A DNA stretch of 64,000 nucleotides from Blepharisma stoltei ATCC 30299 (GCA_965603825.1 CBFDEM010000005.1:682001-746000); one strand, 5' to 3'. Positions 22,727 to 36,284 are shown, counted from the stretch's first letter. The notes: a model not told the origin generated them from the sequence alone. Numbers and translations: made by a program.

Positions 22727-23341
22727 ATGATTCGAAGCCTGTCGAGGACTCGCTTGTCTGTTCCCCTTCCTCAATGAGAAAAGATCGTCCCAAAAGACAT
22801 GAGCAAGATTTTCCTCAAAAATAAACGTCGGCTTAAATCACATCGAGCAGACGTTCCTCCGACATCTGACACTATAAAGCTTCGAAACAATTTCGAGAGA
22901 TCACCAACAAAATTTGACTCATTATATGAGCATTCCCCAGGCAAAACGAGGAGTAAACTTCTTTCAGCTAGGAATAGTAATAAAACTATTCCTCTACCAG
23001 ATGATTCTCCGGATAGCAAAAGTCCTGATCGTAGATTGAGCAGTACAAGGCTAGAAACTTACAATTTTGATAAAGAAAGCAATACTCATTTGGAAAGGGA
23101 AGTTAAAAGCTATAAAAAAATTATAGTCAAAAATTTAAGAGAAATTAAGGGTAGGGAAGAAGCTTTGCTAACTGATAGAGAAAGAGAGGGCTTCGTTAAG
23201 AGTTTTAGTGATCTAAAGCCTAAGATGTATACGATGACAAAAGGTGGGAGCAACTATAGAAGATCTTTGCTTAGGAAGAAATTCGATAACTTTAAGACGG
23301 ATTCAGCCCGCTTTCTAAAGTTTGATGTAAAAATAATTTAA
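22727..23341 (+). CDS. Hypothetical basic Ser/Arg-rich protein (204 aa)
   Basis: ATG 22727 in ATAAATG context, in frame with ORF 22799..23341 via TGA 22775. Confidence 0.55.
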
Positions 23342-23415
23342 TTAATCTTATTTTTCATAATAGAATTAGTAAATCAGAATAAATATCAATAAATTTGCTT
23401 ATATTGGATATAATT

Positions 23416-24036
23416 TTAATCGTTTTTACGTCCCTTTGTCTTTCGTTTTTTGTCTCTTTGATACCCTTCAAACTCCGACCACAGAATAATGTAATAAACA
23501 AAGCATCCCATACTCGTAAGAACAATCAGTGAAATATTAATTGGCTGACTAAACTCTATAGTTCAATCTTCATCATAATTAACATAACACAATTCTCTTG
23601 CAACAATAAAAAAGCTTTCATCAAAACATTTATCCATAATCGCTTCGCATCGATCTGAAATAACTCCACTGTACCCTTCCTTGCAAGGCAAAAAATAACA
23701 AAAATCACCTAAGCATACTGATTTATTACTATCTTCTGCATGTGTCCTTTCTATATGCTTCTCCAGCCCTTCCTCTTTAGAAAATTGTTTATGACATATC
23801 TCACATTCCCACGTTGCTTGGGAGATCCTTTTCTTTGTTTTTTCATAAGTTTTAAACAAATCTCTTTGCTCTGCATTTTTAAATGGACAATCCTCAGGGA
23901 GCTCATAACTTTTCACTTTATATTGATTCATCAATGGTGCCAGCTTGTCTTGCAAAAAGTCTTTGACATACTTAGAATCTTCCCACGAGCATGCAATAGC
24001 TATTGATATTAAAGCAAAGAAATAATAAAATATCAT
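23416..24036 (-). CDS. Signal peptide + Cys-rich C2H2-like domain + C-terminal TM protein (206 aa)
   Basis: MIFYYFFALISIAIA signal, CPF..DLF..E, WECEICHKQF..LEKHIERTH and CLGDFCYFLPC. TGA 23563=Trp adds a TM helix and basic tail ending TAA 23416-23418. Confidence 0.75.
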
Positions 24037-24865
24037 GGATATAATTACAGTATGCCCTGATGAATCCGAAATTGCTTTTTCAAAAGGAACAGCTGTTTAT
24101 TTTATGAAGGATAATAAAAGGATAGCTTCACTAGAGCACACAGATATAGTGAGAGGAATAGTAAAAGCTGGTAATTATTGAGTATCAATAGGTGATGACA
24201 AAACAATCAAATTTCATAGTCTAAATTGGGAGGCTTCACAATCAGTTATAGCCTATAATCTAACTCATGGCAAAAAGCCTACATCATTAGTGTTTTTACA
24301 TAATTTAATTGTGTTCGCAGACAAAACGGGAGAAGCATGGAAAATTGATTTGGCTAGACTGAGCTCAGGGAGAACCAAGGAGCTTGATTGTATCGCATTT
24401 GCAATGGGGCATCAATCCACAATCACTTATATGGCAAAAGGAGAAAATTCATTAATTACTGCTGATAAGGACAATAAAATAAAGATAAGCGAAAGTCCTC
24501 AGTTTTATGAGGTGAGAAGTGTGCTGCTTGGGCATAATTTTACAGTTTTGTCTGCTATAGAATATGAAGGGAAGATTTATAGCTCTGATGAAAGTGGGTG
24601 CATAAAGAAATGAAATGGGACTGAGGAAGAAGCTAGCATACAGACTATGGAAGCGGTTCAATTATTTGTAGCAAATAATAGGATTTTGGGAGCTTCAAAG
24701 TCGGGGTATTTTTATGTAAATCCAAGAAATTTGCAGTCTTTGCCTATTGCTTTGGAACCGTTTGGAATTGCGGCAGTTTGGGAAAATTATCTTTATCAAA
24801 TAGATAGCGAGTTGAGCATAAGACAAATTGATTTGAGGCTGCAGGGACATAAAACAGATAATTAA
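24035..24865 (+). CDS. WDR4: tRNA m7G46 methyltransferase non-catalytic WD40 subunit (Trm82/WDR4), 276 aa
   Basis: KKPTSL, VFADKTGEAW, MGHQSTIT and LITADKDNKIKIS..PQ.YEV..VLLGH; TGA 24179 and 24611 read as Trp. Confidence 0.8.
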
Positions 24866-25263
24866 TAAGGGTAACTTATAAATTACAAAGAAAAGTTTAA
24901 AAATAGTTCTTGTGGGCTATTAAAATATATAATTTTTTATTGATGAGGCTATTTTGCATTTAAAGTCATTTATTAAGCTTAAATTTATTAAAGACGAGTA
25001 TCTGCCAATTTTATTGCATTAAAATATCGTTTAATTCAAAATTCATCTCCATAATATAGAAATGCGCCCTTTTTCTAAAGGCAACGTTATAATTGCAGTT
25101 TAAAATATAATCGTTAATTTTAAATAATTCACCGGATTATTACTATGCTAAAATAATAGTAGCATTCTTAGCTAAATAATTTATTAACCATCATAGCTCT
25201 CCTTCCGGATAGTTTGCCTAACAAACTCTTAAGCCAGCTTTTTCCCAATTGTTATAAATTAAG

Positions 25264-26106
25264 ATGGAAATATCCCCAAACGGAAATTTGGCACAAAACA
25301 TCAGTTTGCTCACAAATATCTCTAAATACAGAGATTCAGACGAAGAAATCGCCACCGAAGCAAACGGGAAGACTCCTCGTGCAGTTTTCTCCACTCCGAC
25401 TCTTCATAACGCCAAAAATATAATGCCTGAAGAAGATTCCCAAACAATGGATACCGAAACAGACCAAGAAGAGCAGCTGCAAGATGCCTTTGACTTCCTT
25501 TCACGCCTACCTCCAATGCCTTCAGCTCCGAGAAATAAAGTGCTACCTATTAAAACTAGGAGCACTTCAAGACTTACTTTGGTCCTTGATTTAGACGAAA
25601 CCTTGGTACATAGTGAAGCAAAGCCGATATCCAACCCTGATGCTGTTATTAATTTGATATTCAATGGTGTCGCTTGCAATGTTTATACACTCTTTAGACC
25701 AGGAATGTATGAATTTTTGCACAGTGTCAGCAAAAAGTTTGAAGTCGTTGTATTTACTGCTTCACATAAAGCTTATGCTAGTCAACTACTGAGAAAAATT
25801 GACCCTGATAGAAAGCTTATAAAACATAGACTGTATAGAGATTCGTGCTATAATTTGAAGGGAAACTACATCAAGGATTTAAGAGTTCTTGGAAGAGATT
25901 TGAGTGAAGTTATCATAATTGATAACTCGATTCAAGCTTTTGGGTATCAATTGGATAATGGAATTCCAATTGTAAGCTGATTCGATGATCCAAATGATTG
26001 TGAGTTGTTCAATGTGCATGCTCTTCTAATTCATCTCCTTAGTGTGCCAGATGTCAGACCTATTCTTAGGCAAACTTTTAAACTTTCAAGGTTTAGCGCT
26101 CAATAA
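25264..26106 (+). CDS. SCP/CTDSPL2-like (FCP1/NIF family) HAD phosphatase, 280 aa
   Basis: LVLDLDETLVHS, RPG..EFL, FEVVVFTAS, YIKDL.VLGRDL, IIDNS and NGIPIVS-W(TGA 25978)-FDDPND.EL. Confidence 0.9.
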
Positions 26107-26722
26107 TTTTTAATAAATAATTTTAATGCTTATTAAGTGTTCGTTTAATGGGATAAAATTTTATATAAAAATTATCAAATAATGTTATAAACGGTTAATG
26201 AAAAATGAAATTTTAATAAATAGGATAGATTGCATACATGCAATGTTAACTGATGAATTTAGATTATAAAAATTTGTTTATTTTTCAAATCATAAGTCAA
26301 CTTGAATCAATTTTGTTTGAGGTATGTTATAATTTTTGTTGAAAAAAGCTATGAAGACTAATTCTAATATCCAAACGTATTAATTACCCAAATTGTATTA
26401 GAACTCTTTATAATTATATTAAACTTCTAATTCTGATTTAAAACTCACACAAAAATCTATTTCTTTTTCTATTATTTGCAATTTTTATCTTCATCATAAG
26501 ATATAATTAAGTTTAAGCAAATTGAATAAACTAATTATTCGAAAATGGGCTTTTGATAATAAATTTTTTATGAAGTTGAATTAAATTGGCAAGATGACCC
26601 AATTCAATATGGAATTTCTAGAATTACCGCTCTTGGCAATTTAGCTCAAATAACTACAACAATTTTGGAGATTACGTTTCTGAAATGATACGAAATACAA
26701 AATTTTAAAGAAATTGATATTT

Positions 26723-27244
26723 TTATTTATTTTTCGAATACTTAACGACTAAAGATCGCCCACGAATAACAGTGCCATTCAAATTTTTGACTGCTTTGGT
26801 CGCATCTTCAACCTTTTGGTACTCAACTTCTGCAGTCCCTTTTGATTTACCAGTTTGGTCCCAATTTATGCCGCAGGTTTTCAATGGTCCAATTTTTATG
26901 AAAATGTCTCTTAGCTCACCATTGGTAAGCCCAAAATCAAGGCCTTTCACAAAGACTCGGCCAGTCTTTTTGGATCCTTCAGATTTCTCTCCTTTTGGCG
27001 GCTTGGTTTTTTGGCTGCTGCCTTTCTGGGTGTTTCCTTTTTGGGTAGGATTTTTCTTATCTGATTTCTTGGGCTTGTCTGAAGAGAATTTCTTGGGTTT
27101 TCCTCGGGCGTCATTCTTATCTACTCCTTTCTTGTTGAATCCTTTGACTTTATTTTTAACATGAAGTTTTTGCTTCTTTTGCTTACCTTTTTCTTTGTTC
27201 TTCTTGATAATGTCATCAAGGCTCATGTTAATCTTTTCAGACAT
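26723..27244 (-). CDS. ALYREF: mRNA export adaptor ALY/REF (THOC4/Yra1)
   Basis: N-terminal MSLDDII box plus RRM with INWDQTGKSKGTAEV. Confidence 0.88.
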   Translation of the reverse strand: MSEKINMSLDDIIKKNKEKGKQKKQKLHVKNKVKGFNKKGVDKNDARGKPKKFSSDKPKKSDKKNPTQKGNTQKGSSQKTKPPKGEKSEGSKKTGRVFVKGLDFGLTNGELRDIFIKIGPLKTCGINWDQTGKSKGTAEVEYQKVEDATKAVKNLNGTVIRGRSLVVKYSKNK

Positions 27245-27465
27245 TTTATAATTATAAAGAAAAAATAAAAGCTGAATTAAATATGGGTTAATAAGTCAAA
27301 AATTGCGTAACGTAGGTTCAAAGGTTTGCTATGGCTTTTAGAGGTATTTAGCTATAAATAATTTATATATTTTATAAATTATTGTATAAATTTATTTATT
27401 CTTTTATTTGAAATTAATTTCAGTGATTATTTTTATCTCAATTAATTTAAAATTTATGTTTTAAG

Positions 27466-29556
27466 TTATAAAGGTCTTAAATATTTGATGATGCTATCAT
27501 TTTTTTCAATTTCAGTTATTTCAATTTTTCTTCTATCTTCTAAGCATGATTTCCAATGCTTTACCATTAGATTGACAAGATTGTTTTCTCCTGTTACTGA
27601 ATCAGTTATCCAATCATCTAAAATATCATATGCATGCTGCACTTTCTTTTTCATTTTGAGAAGTTCCTCTTTAGCCCAGTTCTTAATTTCTGAAACTCTT
27701 AAAGCAAAAATAGCGCTTAACTCTTGAAGTTCCAATGATTCAAGTCCTAATTGAGAAATAGATAATTTGTATTCTTCACACATTTGGTCCAAGTCATTAT
27801 AAATATCTGAATCTTCAGAAAATTCAAAATTTAGCTCAGGCACACCAACTTTGTTTCGTTCAGAAAGATTAGCTTGATATTGGAAATCTATAATAAGATT
27901 AGTTAAATTCACAAGCTTTTCTAGTTCAGTTTGGATAAGTGCTTTTGTAATCTCCATGGTTCCTTGAGACAGTTCTTTTTCTGAAATTCCTTTCATTATT
28001 TTAAGTCTGTAATTAATGGCTTCAGCTTTTCTTTCTTCAATGATATCCCACAATTTGTCTGAAAAATCATCAATTTCTTCGAAAATAAATTTTCGATCTT
28101 TTGAGGTTATTATCGACCTCCTCTCCATCAAGTTAATAATTTTATTCACAAAAGGCTCAATCATGCTTTGCTTGTGATCTGGCCTCGTCAAAAATTTCTT
28201 AAACTCTACAAATGAATGTTCTATAATAGAATCAATAACATTTCTAAATAACTGTTACTGTGTTGTTGACGTCTTCACTAAATTTTCTTTTAACGACAAA
28301 ATATAATTCTTAAGAGCATTTTCCCATTGCTCATATAAAGATGAAGCCTGACTATAATTTAAATCGATTTCTGTATCCCTAAAGGATATTTTTTTCTTAA
28401 CCTCAGTCTGATCTAATAGTTGATTTTTAGAAATTTCCTCACGAATTTTAAGCCATTCTTGAATTTTGGCTTCAATCATTTCTTTTACTTCTTCAATCCG
28501 ATGTCCTGATATCACGTTTAAGCTTTTCCAGTCTTCAATTCCAAACAGTCGGAATCAGTCTTTAAGTCCATTGGTTTCTTTAATAAACTCGTGGTATTTT
28601 TCTGTAATTTCAGCCTCATTGGGGTGCTCAATTAATTTAAGTTTTGGTAGAAGATTATCTGGAGGAGGGTTATAAGTAAGATTATAGACATTTCCGCTGT
28701 TATCGACTCTTCTGTCTATAGCTCTATGAACTAAATTGGAAAGAGGAGCTTCTAGTCAGAATATTAGGTCAAATCCTGATTTCTCCAGTAAATAAGGTCT
28801 TATTTCTGTAAGTGACGATTTCGCTATAATTTCAGCTTCCCTCTTTTTTATGCTTCCAATTGACTCTGGAAGCTCAGTCGGATGGACATACCCGCTAAAA
28901 ATCTTTTCAAATGACTTAGCTTCTTCTTTATTCCTTGGATACCCAAGTGCAACCCATCCTTGACATTTAACTTCTTCTTTTTTACCTGGCTTTTTTACCT
29001 CTTCTTCTATTTTTGGTTCATCTCCAAACAGCCCTCTGATTTTAGCTCTGAAAAGCCTTGCAAGCTCATCGGGAGAATTCCCAGGACAGTTTATCGATTC
29101 TTGCACAAAAAAATCTGATTCTTCTTCAGGCTTTTTCAGCTTTTTACCTGCATCAAGCTCTGCTTTTCTTTCTAAAACTCCATTTCGGTCTTCTATAATT
29201 TTTTCTATATCAAAGGATTTAATTCCATATTTTGCTTCCAAAAATTTTATTTGTGTGTGTCTTCCTGAAAACAATGGCCCTAAAAAACAAAGTTTTAAGG
29301 GGAAATAGTGAGGACCAGGAGGAAGCGGAGGACGAGTGTATGCAGGAAAAGCAATATGGATAATTGCTTCAATTACATCGCCTAAGTAATAAGGATTCGG
29401 AGCTTCTTCGTTTGTATTCCAAATATCCTTACCATTCAGATAATTATCAATTAGCAGATTTTCTTCTTCAGTTAGCGTGACAGCAGCATCCTCTTCTTTA
29501 GCTATATCATTTGCTTCTTGCTCAGGTGATAAAACTGCCGATTCGTCTAATTCCAT
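27466..29556 (-). CDS. SPEF2/CPC1-like central-pair protein fragment (degenerate adenylate-kinase-like region), 1 intron, 691 aa
   Basis: LKLCFLGPLFSGRHTQ, GWVALGYPRN..EAK..EK..SGY, SGFDLIF-W, Y.LTYNPPP and FLTRPDHKQ. TGA 28756 and 28555; intron 28244-28258. Confidence 0.7.
28244..28258 (-). other. 15-nt intron GTAACAGTTATTTAG
   Basis: Removes in-frame TAA 28255 and joins to the FLTRPDHKQ exon. Confidence 0.8.
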
Positions 29557-29708
29557 TTATTTTATTATTTTCAAACAAAACATCTTTATTTCTCATATTT
29601 CCTCCTTTCACTTATTAGCAAGTCTACTTCGCAATTAATAACTTAAATATATATTATACAAAGCAAGCCATTATTATTAATCGCTTTAAGTTAAGTTTAC
29701 CTAAATTT

Positions 29709-32700
29709 CTAGTTGAAGATTAGGAAGAAGGCCATAAATAGACCAACTGCTGAAGCCCCATCTATTTCATAAGTAAGGATTGTATAGATTGGCAAGGTGC
29801 TGATAGATGGAGTTGTTGTTGTCGCATCAATGCAAGTTGGCCACAAAGGATAGTCATTGCAGGCAGTAAAGCTGCAGTTATAAGGAGTCCCTACTCTCAA
29901 CCCATCGACAAACATCGTAATGTTTTTATTAGCAGTGCTGTTTGAGCAGCTGGATGGAACAATATCACTGTACCCATCAAGCCCAGATATAATCTGCCAT
30001 GCATAAGTTGTCAGTGACTGATATGTCTTTCTAGAACAGCTAACACACATTATACCACTTTGAGTTGGGGTTCCAATAAATGTCACATTGGTCTGCCCAA
30101 TAGCTGCTAGAACAGGCTGGCGTATCCATGAAGGGTAGGTCGTAGAAGAACTAGTTGCTGCTGCATTTGAAAGTGTAGGTGTAGCTGATGTCAATGCTGT
30201 TAAGTCACTAGTTACTTGGCTAACGTCTAAGTTTGCTATAATAGCTAATGGGGAGTATTTAATATTGCTTCTATCATAAAGAACTTCATAAGTAAATGTC
30301 GTTGAAGATGCAAGCATTCTCATTCTTCCAGTTGATGGATTCGCAACCTCTTGATTGGTGAGCCAGCCTGGATTGATTCCCATATTTTTCGCAATTGCAT
30401 TACGAATATCATCTCCTTTGCTTGAAGCAACAGAAGCTGAGAAAGAAACTGTATAAGTATAGACTGATGGCAGGCTAGGGGTTGTCAAGCTTATAGACTG
30501 GCTTTGCATAGCACCAGAATACAGTCTGTTATCAGCATAGACAAAGACATTATAAGTAGTATCAGCATGAAGCCAGTCAAAATCTAGTGTTAAACTTCCA
30601 CTGGCATACAAAACTTCCATATTGTACCAGTTCAAATTGCAATGATCTCTATGTAGCCTTCTGAAAAATGCATAGTAATCTGAATCAAGCTCAGGATTTG
30701 GGTCAATCTCAGTATGTAAATAATCATAAGATCTTTGCTCATATAGCGATAAAGTTGAGTTACTAGGATCTACCAAATCTTTGCATGAATCCTTCACCAT
30801 TCTATAAGATGGCGTAGAGCCTCCAGTGCAAGCTAACCACCAATAGATAACCACGTTTTGTGTGGATGAAATAGTGACTTTGGCATGGTTTCCGTCTATT
30901 ATGCTACTAGCAAGGGTAACTGTTGTGGCGGTATAAGCTGAGGTAGAAGCTGCATTCACTGTTAGACTAATAGTGCTTGGGGCTGTATATGAAGCTTCGT
31001 CAGTCCCTGACAAGTCAAATTTGAGCACAGGAGCTTTCTGAGAGGTAGCATAAGTACTGTTAACAAAAAGTTCAAAGTATTTAACATCTTCGTTAGGCCC
31101 AAACATTAAATAAGTAGGAGAAATGAAGATACCAGAAGGAGCGTTGTTGAAGCTAAGCCAGACTGTAATATCAGTAGCTGGGGCTGCACCTAAAGTAACA
31201 GAAATAGGGATACTTGTGTATCCTACGACTAAATTAGGGATTTGTCCTACAGTGATAGCGACATTTTCAGTTTCAGGCTCACATACTTCTACAAGAATAG
31301 AATATGGAGAGCCATAGAGATCGCTGGAGACTCCTGGCTGGACAGTTTCTTCAGTGCTCCAATCAATGTAATAAAGTCCACTTGTGGCATTGCTTAAAGC
31401 TGCAATTCTGAATGTCATGGAGTCGTACATTTGCAAAATTGTCCAGTCGTGGAAGGTTGAGGAGTATTCGAAAATGTAGTCATCTGGGTAGTTAGGGTTG
31501 CTATGAGGGGTTAATATAAGTTTCTTTGATCTCATAGGCCAGTTTCCTATTGAAATTGTAATGTCGTCACTTTGAGTTCCTGGAAGAAGTCTGATTCTGT
31601 TGTCAGATGTTTGGCCGACACTTTTAGGAGAATAGCTATTGACTTCAATTGGGATGTAGCTTCTGTTATAGCCAATATAAGCTGAGTTAAGGACTCCATA
31701 GCTTTTTCCAAGGACAAGGTTGGCTGTATCATTGTAAATTTTAATTTCAAATCTGCTTGACCAGTAGTCATGCCATGAGAAAGTAGAGTTGTCTTCAATA
31801 TCCCAATAGTCAAAATTCTTTGCGTGTCTTTCAAATCCCCATTGAGGGTTATATGCCTCAATTTCTAAGCTAAGCATATCAGCAGAATTAAAGTTGAATG
31901 TTTTTGTTGTTTGTACACTGAGCTCAAATTTATCTTTTTCTACATTACAAGAAGTTCCGCTAAACCAGGATAAAGCAGTTGATGAGCTTGTATTTACCTT
32001 GCCAGATTGGTCATAATAAACTGAAGAGCATGATGTCGTATCGTTCATTAGTAAAGTGTTGTCGTATTGACTTGGAAGGCCAATTTCAAATCTCAAAGTA
32101 TTATTGACATCCCCTGCATAATAAAACTCAAGGGTATAATTAGCAATTTCTAAGAGTTCTACTTGATCGGTAGAAATTGACTTGAAAATCACACTGCTTG
32201 GGGCCAGATCAGTTGTAGTGACTGTTCCGAATTCTTCCTCATAAGCTTTTACAGTTCCTGCAGAATTCAGATGGTACACTTCAAAGTTTCCAGTTTGCCC
32301 TTTGGCTGGATTCATTACTTCGCTAATCGTAATGTCAATAGTAGTGCTAGCAGAAACAGTTTTATCAATCCCAGAAACGACTACATACCAATGGTCTGCA
32401 GTACAAGAAATAGAACCTAATGATGAAGAGCTACATGGGATATAATATGAATAAGGCTCACAGTCAGTCATATAGTTATCTGCTTTACCTATATACGGGT
32501 CATAATATGACCTAGGGAAAATTATCCAGAAATAATCATTTGCATCTACTTGTGCAGAGGTGAATCTGAAGGTGTATGAAGAATATTCTGCTGCGTTTGT
32601 AATGCTCATTGTTAAAGAGTTGCTGGTGGCAGGGACTAAAGTGCCGGTTACTGCTGAGTTGACAGTAAAGGAAGCTGCTGTTGTATCTGAAGTGATTGTA

Positions 32701-35700
32701 ACCCCGTTCCAAGCTGAAATCACTTTAAAGCCCCCAGATGTAGTGCCTGCTGATGAAGGAAGATTTAAAGCATTATCAAGATAGACCTGAACTGTAGTGG
32801 AGGACAAAAGATCTTGAGACAATGTAAGAATAATTTCGCTTGAGCCACTAGAAACGGTGCAAGATGAATATACAATATTTGACCAGCAGCTATTCTTTAT
32901 ATCGCCAGAGGCAGAATATTGCCAAGTGTCAAAAGCTGATATTGAAATGGTTCCTCCTGCAGGCACCCTTTTAGGTAATGAGAAACTGAGAAAAAAATCA
33001 ACTCCAGGAATTCCAGCTTGATTTGGATATGAGGCAGCTTTTCAGTTTGTTGTAGTTCCTGCATCTGCAGCAGCTGTTAAACTGCATTTAGCTGTAAAAG
33101 TAGATAAAGAATCAATGTAATAGTTAGAGTCAGCATCTTGAGTGTAAATTGAGGTTATATAATAGATTGGGTCTGTGCCTGATGAAGGAGGAAATACGTG
33201 GTTTGCAGTTATTGTTATTGATGTAGATGAGCTCACTGCTGCAAATTGTGATATAACCAAAGTGGTTGAGCTAGAGGAATATTGCTTTGACAATTTTTGA
33301 GATGAGCTTTGATCTGAAAGTCCTGATATTCCGAATGATACATATGTGAAATCCCAGGATTCGGCAAAAACAATAGTGATTGAGCCTCCAGCAGATATTG
33401 CATTAACAGTGGAAAAACTAATTGTTATTGTTGTGTCAACTGAGTCTGGTCCTTTTAATGAAACTGTTGTAGGTGAGAATGTTGGCTCTTTAAGAGTAGC
33501 AACTGCCAAATCATAGTTTGTTAAAGTGTCTCTATAGGTGCATTGAGTGGCTATAGTTGAACTAGCTATGAATATATTAACCGGAATGTTGGTTAGAGTA
33601 CTTGAATTTTTCACCCTACTAGGAGGCGCTATGTTGTCAATTGTTAAAGCAGTACTAGTTAATAGATCAGCAAACTTAAAAGTATCAGTAAATTGTGTAA
33701 TAATAAACGCACCTTTAAAGCCTATTGTTGGAGATGAAACGCGGTAAATAGGGCTAGCTGCAACTCCGCCTAATGAAATTGAAGTTGAAGAACTGGTAGT
33801 AAATCCTTCTGGAAATCCAATGCCAAAATAGTCATTTTTTGAAGGTAAATCCTTATTACTGCCGAGAATTAGATTACCTACGAGGCTTCCACTTTGATTA
33901 ATCGTAAGAGTAGCAGCAGTCCCTGATGCAGTATTAAAGGAATACTTTGGTTCAGAGAATTTGGTTATAGTTTCTGTATAGCCATAAAGTTGGAACTGAA
34001 TACCTGGATATGACGTAGACGTGTAATAAAAAACAGTAGAGTAAGTTCCATAGCCTGCATTTCCAACTGCAATATAAGTGGTTATAGTTGAGCTTGTGGT
34101 TGTTGGACCAAGTCCTGTTAATGTGATAATAGTATCACTACTTTTAGATGTCAATACAGCAGAGGCCGATGATGCAGTTGAAGTCACTGGAATCGAAGCG
34201 CCAGTGGCTAAGCCAGTTCCCAAATCTCCACCTCCTGATACTGTTATGTCAATGTAATAGTTGCCAGAACCAAAATCAAAAGTCTGAGTATCTGATTTGA
34301 ATACACTAACTAGAGGAATCCCTACAGTTGTGCCAGAGCAAAGTGGAACTGTAGAAATAGTATTTCTATTACTGAATGTTTTTGTTGTAACTGTGAATAC
34401 ATATGAATCAATATCATATAATGGTCCTCCTGTTTGAGTCGTGGCTTTAGCCCAACATTCATAAAATGTCACTTTATTTGACGCAACAAATGGAAAAGCT
34501 ACCTGCTCAGTTGTAATGGTAGTAGAGTATGTAGTGTAAAACCCTAACAAATAGTAGCTGCTTGAAGCTAAATCAGTGTTAAGTAGCTCAACTGAAATTT
34601 GATTAGATGAAGGAGTTATTGTATTCTCAACAGTTATCGTTGAATAGCTGCCGCTGGTGGTTAAGCTTGTTGTTGATTCTTGGACTTTTGTTGCTGAACT
34701 ACTAATATAAGAGCTAGTAAATTGAACTCCAGTAGTTACTAATGGCAAGTTGATAGATATAGTTGTAGTTTTATCCCAATCGTTAGCTGGTTTGAAAACG
34801 AACCAAAGAGTTCTACCTGTATATTCTCCACCTCCCTGATACCCTGTAGAAAGTGTAATATCAGTAGGATAATCAGTTGGGGTTAATTTGTAATAAGCAT
34901 GATGTTTAAATTTGGAGAATCTTGTTTTACTAGTACTCCCAAGTGCCCAGGAAATAGGACTGCTGCTAGTTTGGTCAACGGTGTAATATCCATCATATGT
35001 TGTAATTGAATTAACACTAGGAGATGAGCTAAATTTACTCAGTACTATTAAAGATATTGAGCCGGCTGGCTGCGCTTTTGTAAATGAAATCACTACTTTT
35101 GATGTTGCGTCAGAAGCTGATGATATTGAGCAGGAACTACCTGAAATTGAAACATAGCACATTGCATTAGAAGCTCCTGTAGCGTCATCTATATCTACCC
35201 ACCAATTTTGACCAATATTAACATTTGTGAACTCAATGGAAACTCGTCCTACTGTAGAAGAGATATCATGACTGGTAACAAAAGTCAAATTTGTAAAAAG
35301 CGTCATTCCACTCAAAGTATCAGCTTGGGCAATAGTGCTCATAGGACTCCAAGAGGATGCAGTAATCCCTCCTGCATATGTTGCAACTGGGCCAGTGACT
35401 GATGCATAATTAGCTAATAAAGTGTTTGTTCCCCATCTCCAAATATAAACACTCCATGTAAAAGCACTTTTATCTAAAACTACTCCAGGCAAAGTAAAAG
35501 TAGACACACTGATCTTCAATTTCAGCGAAGTCGTTGTTTCTGTTATTAAGACATCTTGAGAGATGCCATAAATAAATACGTGTCCAGAACTATCAGTTTG
35601 ACATGGGAGATTATTGCTCCCATCTGGTCCAATTAGTAAATTACTGTTATCACTAACAGTTACTGAGCTGCAGGTAGCATTGGAGACCTTCCAATTTGAA

Positions 35701-36284
35701 TCCGTATTGATTTCTATTAAGTCATGCTTCCATAAGCTGGTTGTAAGAGTAAATGTAAAATAAATTCCATCAGTGGAACCTACGATTGGTTTTTCAGCGC
35801 CACTAACCGTTGCTATAGAAAGAGTAGATGAATTTATGGTTGATGCTGAGGTAGCGATGCACCCAAAGAAGTAGTTTGCATCGACTATTTGCCCAGTTGA
35901 ACTTGCCCTTGTCACGATGGAAAATGGTCCAAAAACCCCTTGAGAGCTCGGAAGGGTAATTTCGCCTGTGGCTACTGACATATCAGTTTGAGCACTGATA
36001 CCTCCGGAAGGGGAAATGGTTACAGTCTGGCCACTGCTAATTGTGATGGACGAAGGAAAGGTTATTTGAACAACCCCGCTTGAAATGGAAGTTGAAGGTC
36101 TAAAATGGAAGGTAAAAACTACACCAGTTGATCCTTGATTTGTTTGACTCAGCTCTATAGCATTGTTGCTCCACGTGTCTTGCCACCAAGTTATCTTGCC
36201 AGGGTCGAGTGAACTATCTTTTGAGCCTATCGTTAAACTTGATGCTGTCCACAGGACACCAAAGAGACATAGAAGCCATTTCAT
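29709..36284 (-). CDS. Giant Ser/Thr-rich secreted/surface protein (~2191 aa), signal peptide and probable GPI-anchor signal
   Basis: Two ~1080-aa ORFs in one frame joined by TGA 33042. MKWLLCLFGVLWTASS start, beta-rich repeats, hydrophobic end GASAVGLFMAFFLIFN. Confidence 0.85.
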
